The translations under genes and the position numbers were made by a program. Below, piece after piece: positions 10,623 through 20,000 of a stretch of 20,000 nt of DNA (the first letter of the stretch is position 1; each line of letters starts with the position of its first letter). The notes under the pieces were generated by a model, which had not been told where the DNA came from, did no database searches, and saw nothing but the letters and a program-made list of their open reading frames with translations. This stretch comes from Scenedesmus sp. PABB004 (lineage: Eukaryota). The DNA lies in NCBI GenBank assembly GCA_014905635.1, contig JABVCE010000043.1:123391-143390 (forward strand), written 5' to 3'.

Positions 10623-11196
10623 GCCGGCACGCGCGGCGCTGGCGGGGGGGGGGGGGGCTCGTTGCGGCTGCACTGCGCATCAACACGGGGGCCGGGGCAC
10701 GGCCCCGAGGCGTGGGCGGCGGGCGGGGGCTCTATCGCACACGCAGGGCGCGCGCGCATGGTGTGCTTGCTCTGCTTGCGCGCGCGCGCAGCGGGCGTGG
10801 GGGGTGCGTCGCACGGGAGCACTTGTCTTTTGCGAAGGAGGACGGGCGGGCAGCACAGTGCGAGTCGGCATCGCTTGCACGACGCGAAAAGTTGCAAACG
10901 TTGGACGAGTTGTGCAGCACGCGCGATCGCGCCCGCAGCGGCCGCGCACCGCTGGCCAGCCCGCCCAGGAGCTCCCGCGCCGCGCCTCAAGAACGAGGCT
11001 TCAAGACCGCGGGGCGAGCGTCACGCTGCGCTGCGCCGCCGCCCCAGGCGACCGTAGCGCGTGCCCCCAAGAGCCGGAACATTCACCTCCTCGATCGTCG
11101 ACCGTCACGCGCGCGATCTTGGCGCAGCGAGCGTGCTGATTGCGGGCGCGGTGCCTGCAGCGGCCCGGGCGGGCAGGCTGGCTCACGCAGCGAGCC

Positions 11197-13595
11197 ATGA
11201 GGGCACTAGGTATGGGTCCCTTGAAGGTGCTCCTAGCGCTGCTGGCGGTCCTGGCCCCTGGTGCGCGCCTGTGGGCCGGGGGCAATGTGCTGCTGCTCGC
11301 CGGGACCTGCGCCCAGGGCGCGCCCTCGCGGCCGTGCCGTGCCCCTCCACTCACCCGCACGACTCCCGTGGCACACAGGCGCGCACAGCTACAGCCTGCG
11401 CTTCACGCCGCTGGCCGCTGGCAGCGCCGCCGACGGCGCCGTGCTGGTGCTCGACGTCGGCTCGCTCTGGCAGAAGCACCCCACGCAACCGCCGGTCAGC
11501 GTGACCAGCGCGGAGGACTGCCAGCAGCGATGCGCGCTGCTCCCAGGTGCGCGCGCACGTGGCGGTGGCGGCGCGCAGCAGCAGCGCTGCGGCGGGCGCC
11601 GCTGGCGCCGGCGCGCGCAGCGGCGGCAGCGGCCGGCGGCAACCGCTGCGCGCCGCGCCACGCACCGCAGGCTGCGCGGCGTTTAGGTTCTGCGGTGACG
11701 AGCGCGGCTGCGGCAGCGGCTGTCGCGCGTACGTCGCAAAGCACCCGCCGCGTGAGTGCGCGGCGCGCCGGCGCGACGCGGCCGCGGAACGCGCACTGCA
11801 GCAGGGACGCGCCGCGCGCCGGGGCCCACGCCGCCGCCCGCCTGACGCCGCGCAGTGAAGCCCAGCGCGCCGTCGGGGCCGCGCAAGCGCGGCGAGCGCG
11901 TCGAGGGCGGGCAGGCCGTGGCGCTGCCGGTGAAGAGCTTTGGGCCCTTCCTGCCGAGCGCGGCGGGGCAGGGCTGCGCCGAGGCCAACCCGGACAAGTG
12001 GGCGTTTGGCACCTGCACGCTGCTGCAGGACGCGCAAGCCGGCGAGGCGGCGACCGCGGCGGCAGGTGGGCGGCGGGGCTGGCGCCTGTGCGGTGCGCGC
12101 CCTGCACGCGGGCCGGCGGCCGCCCGAGCGCACCGCCGCCGCTGCCCGCCACGCAGGCGCTGGCTGGTCGTCGGCCTGGCTGGCGGCGGCCCCGCCGAGC
12201 GAGTGCACCGGGCTGAGCGCGGCAGCGTGCGCCGCCTGCCACGCCACGCCCAGCCCCGGCGCCTGTCTGCGCTGCATGACGGACCCGCGCCTCGCCAGCA
12301 CGCTCAGCCCGCTGGGCCTGATCGCTGATGGCGTGCCGCCCGGCTCCTCGGGCGACCGCGCATACGACCAGTGCGTCACCTGCGCGGGGCTGGACGGCGA
12401 GCCGCTGCAGCAAAAGTGAGTCGGGCGGCGCGGAGCGTGTGTGCGCAGCTCGCCGGCCCGGGCTGCGCGCGTGCCCGCGTGCGGCGCCGCCAACGCCGGC
12501 CGCCTCTGCGCGCGCAGGTGCTCGTCGTGCGTGCTGGGCGCGCAGCCGTGCGCCACGTGCGTGCCCTACCCTGGCGCGGCCACGGCGGTGCCGGCGGCGG
12601 CGATGGGGCCCTGCATGGACTGCGTGGCGAGCAAGGGCAAGCGGTTTGCGGGGACGTGCCTGACGTGCTCCGTCACCGCGGCGCCGGGGCGGTGCTACAC
12701 CTGCCTTGCCAGCTTCTACCCGCGCCACATCTGCCGCACCAGCGACTACGTCGACTGCTACAAACCCGACTTTGACAATCCCTGCGCGACGTGCCAGGCG
12801 GGCGCGGGCGGTACGTACGGCCCCTGCATCGCCTGCTACCAGGACCCGCGCACCAAGCCCGACTGCGACAGCTGCAGCCAGCTGCCCTCGCAGGCCGCGC
12901 AGGCGCAGTGCTACGCGTGCACGAGCGCCGCCGCGGCCGCGGCGGGCCGCAACGCGCACAGCGACGTCCCCGGCGGCTGCGGGCTGTGCTTCGCCCACAG
13001 CAAGAACGCCGCGGCGCAGCAGCAGTGCCTCGCCTGCGTCGCGGGCGCCGCGACGCCCGCGGAGAACCGGCAGCACTGCAGCCTGTGCGCCGCGAGCGAC
13101 CTCGGCGCCACGCAGGCGGCGCGGTGCTTCAAGTGCGTTGCCGCCAAGGGAGGCGGCCCCGCGTGCGCAACGTGCAGCAAGGCCACGTCGAGCGACGCAG
13201 CCTTCCGGTCGTGCATGGCGTGCTACGCCGGCGCCGACAACGCGCCCGACTGCAACGACTGCGCCGGCCTGGAGCCGTCGGGCGGCGCGTCCTCGCCGCG
13301 CGGCTACGACGCGACGCGCAGCGCGTGCTTCGACTGCGTGGTCGCCTCGCGCCTGGTCGCGCCGCCGGACGCGGGCTTTGCGCCGCTCGGCAGCTGCTCG
13401 GCGTGCTTTGGGGGCGTCGACACCGCGGCGTGCGTGGCCTGCAACACCAGCCCCGCCACGCCCATGCCCGCGAAGCAGTGGTGCCTGAGCTGCGCCGCCC
13501 GGCAGGGCGCCACGGCGCAGGCGGCGTGTGTGCGGTGCTTGCAGTCCAACAAGCTCGCCGCGGCCGACGCGTACCTGGCCAAGTGCAACGTATGA
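11197..13595 (+). CDS. Secreted cysteine-rich protein: signal peptide, PAN/apple-like domain and ~24 CxxC motifs, ~619 aa
   Basis: Exons 11197-11260, 11379-11546, 11671-11751, 11856-12065, 12157-12415, 12518-13595 (1860 nt, in frame). N-terminus MRALGMGPLKVLLALLAVLAPGAHS looks like a signal peptide. VTSAEDCQQRCALLPGCAAFRFC...GCG...CTL...GWSSAW resembles a PAN/apple module. The remainder is regularly spaced CxxC motifs. Confidence 0.8.
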
Positions 13596-14339
13596 GCGCG
13601 CGCGCACGTGTGCGTGGGGTGTGGGGGGTGGGGGGGGGGTGTCGGGGGGCTGGCCCTGCCTCAGCGCCTGGCGCGCGGGAGGCGGCCCCTGCGCACGCAC
13701 GCCGTCATGGGCCGGGACGTCGCACGCGCGTGTGGGCCAGGCAGATGGTTGGCGGGGTGCTGGCGTTGTTGTCGTTGCAGGTAGCACAGTACAGCGAGCA
13801 CTGCTTTGCGTGACGCGTCACGTCCGTCCAGCTCTCACTTTTGCGGGCCCCGAACCATTGACGGCACTGCACTGCAAGCGCGTTTTCGGGCGGCGCCCCG
13901 CGCACACCAACCTTTGACCAGTCTGACCATCGCACGAAACCAATGAACGCACCCCATTGCAGTGGCACAACGGTCTGGCACTGACGGGCCGCGCGGCTCG
14001 CGAGCGGGCGGGCGAGCGGGCGGCGCGCTCGTCACGATCGGCCGCACGCGTGCTCCGTCGGGCGGTGGAACCTGCTGCCTCGCCTCCTCCAGCTCCGCAC
14101 AGCCTCCCGGCCCCTGCTCGCGCGCCGGCGCAGAGCGGCGGCAGCAGCGCGCCGCGCCGCCGCAGCGCAGCGCGCCGCGAGCAGCAGCAGGGCTTGCGGC
14201 TTCGCTGCTGCGCCACCGGCTCGAGCGCTTTGCTAGAGCTCTCACCCAGCAGCAGCGGCAGCGGCGGAGCGCAGGCCCGCACGCGGCGGCGGCAGCAGCG
14301 GCGGCGCGGCAGCGGCGTCGGCGCGGCAGCAGCGGCACG

Positions 14340-19358
<5,019 letters not shown>

Positions 19359-19764
19359 AGGCGGCGCCGCGGCATGAGGCGCCGCGACGCGCGGCGCGAG
19401 AGGGACGTCACGCGCTCGGCGCGGGCGCGGGCGGGGGCGCGCGCGATCGTTGGGGCGGCGTCAGGTCACCCTCGCAGCTTGAGGGTTTTCGAGCATTGCG
19501 CAGCTTTTTGAGAAGGCGAGTCGCCCCCCGCCAACCCAGCCTCGGACCCCGCGGAACCCTGGCCGCTCCCCCGCACGGGACAGCAATCGCCGCTCGCCGG
19601 CGTGCTGTTGCCGAGCGGCGCCAAGGCAGCGCCCGGCCGGTGTGCGTGCGTGGCACCCGCGCCGGCCCATGCCCGCACCAGCGTAGTAAGCCCGGGCAGC
19701 GGCGGTGGCGGCAGCGCCAGCGCCCCCGCCGTCGCTCATGGTGCGGCGGCCCCTCGGGCTGCCG

Positions 19765-20000
19765 TAGGTCTAGGTTTTAGGTTTTAGGTTTTAGGGTTTA
19801 GGTTTTTAGGTTTTAGTTTTTAGGTTTAGGGTTTAGGTTTAGGTTTTAGGGTTTTTAGGGTTTTAGGGTTTAGGGTTTAGGTTTTAGGGTTTAGGGTTTA
19901 GGTTTTAGGGTTTAGGGTTTAGGGTTTAGGGTTTAGGGTTTAGGGTTTAGGGTTTAGGGTTTAGGGTTTAGGGTTTAGGGTTTAGGGTTTAGGGTTTAGG
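19765..20000 (+). repeat. Telomere: (TTTAGGG)n with a degenerate proximal zone
   Basis: Perfect TTTAGGG repeats from ~19904 to the window end. Variants TTTTAGG, TTTAGG, TTTTTAGG and TTTTAGGG occur between 19765 and 19903. The G-rich strand runs 5'->3' towards the end, as expected for a right chromosome terminus. Confidence 0.97.

Noticed and set aside
12157..13595. CxxC array as a multiheme cytochrome c or ferredoxin
   Set aside because: Only one motif is CxxCH (CAACH), and no CxxCxxCxxxC spacing is present.
162..13787. Many long Arg/Ala/Pro-rich ORFs in the six-frame track (e.g. 162-2447 -, 9308-11200 +, 11496-13787 -)
   Set aside because: They are shadow or antisense frames of real spliced genes. 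Stop codons are rare at this GC content and the translations show no recognisable motifs.
6104..13877. TGCAA at ~6104, ~10893 and ~13873 as variant poly(A) signals for the CTL, SBP and Cys-rich genes
   Set aside because: Positions are plausible, but a 5-mer variant cannot be supported without 3'-end data.
19465..19560. Small hairpin (ACCCTC/GAGGGT) and an AACCCT motif as a possible telomerase RNA or other ncRNA
   Set aside because: The stem is only 6 bp, there is no full CTAAACCCT-type template, and no supportable Pol III promoter.
19461..19739. Minus-strand ORF MSDGGGAGAAATAAARAYYAG starting next to the telomere
   Set aside because: There is only about 25 nt of room for a promoter, downstream codon usage is atypical and no domain is recognisable.

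Overview
Eukaryotic, very GC-rich, intron-dense chromosome end. The TTTAGGG telomere, a TGTAA poly(A) signal and short GT-AG introns with CTGAC/GTGAC/CTCAC branch points point to a chlorophyte green alga (inference: chlorophycean, but not the TTTTAGGG type of C. reinhardtii). I spliced six genes by hand: exosome subunit RRP46 (minus strand, runs off the left edge), eIF3i, a choline-transporter-like (CTL/SLC44) protein, a CRR1/SPL-like SBP-ankyrin-Cys-rich transcription factor, a secreted PAN/apple plus ~24xCxxC protein, and a GH2 beta-galactosidase with an apparent 1-nt frameshift. The telomere starts about 400 bp after the last stop codon. The most unusual structure is a ~260-bp inverted repeat with a 99-bp identical core that brackets the intact CTL gene. 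It has a candidate 8-bp target-site duplication and places paired GTAC (SBP/CuRE core) motifs upstream of both the CTL gene and the SBP factor. Most long ORFs in the supplied track are GC artefacts. All family assignments are by motif recognition, not database search.
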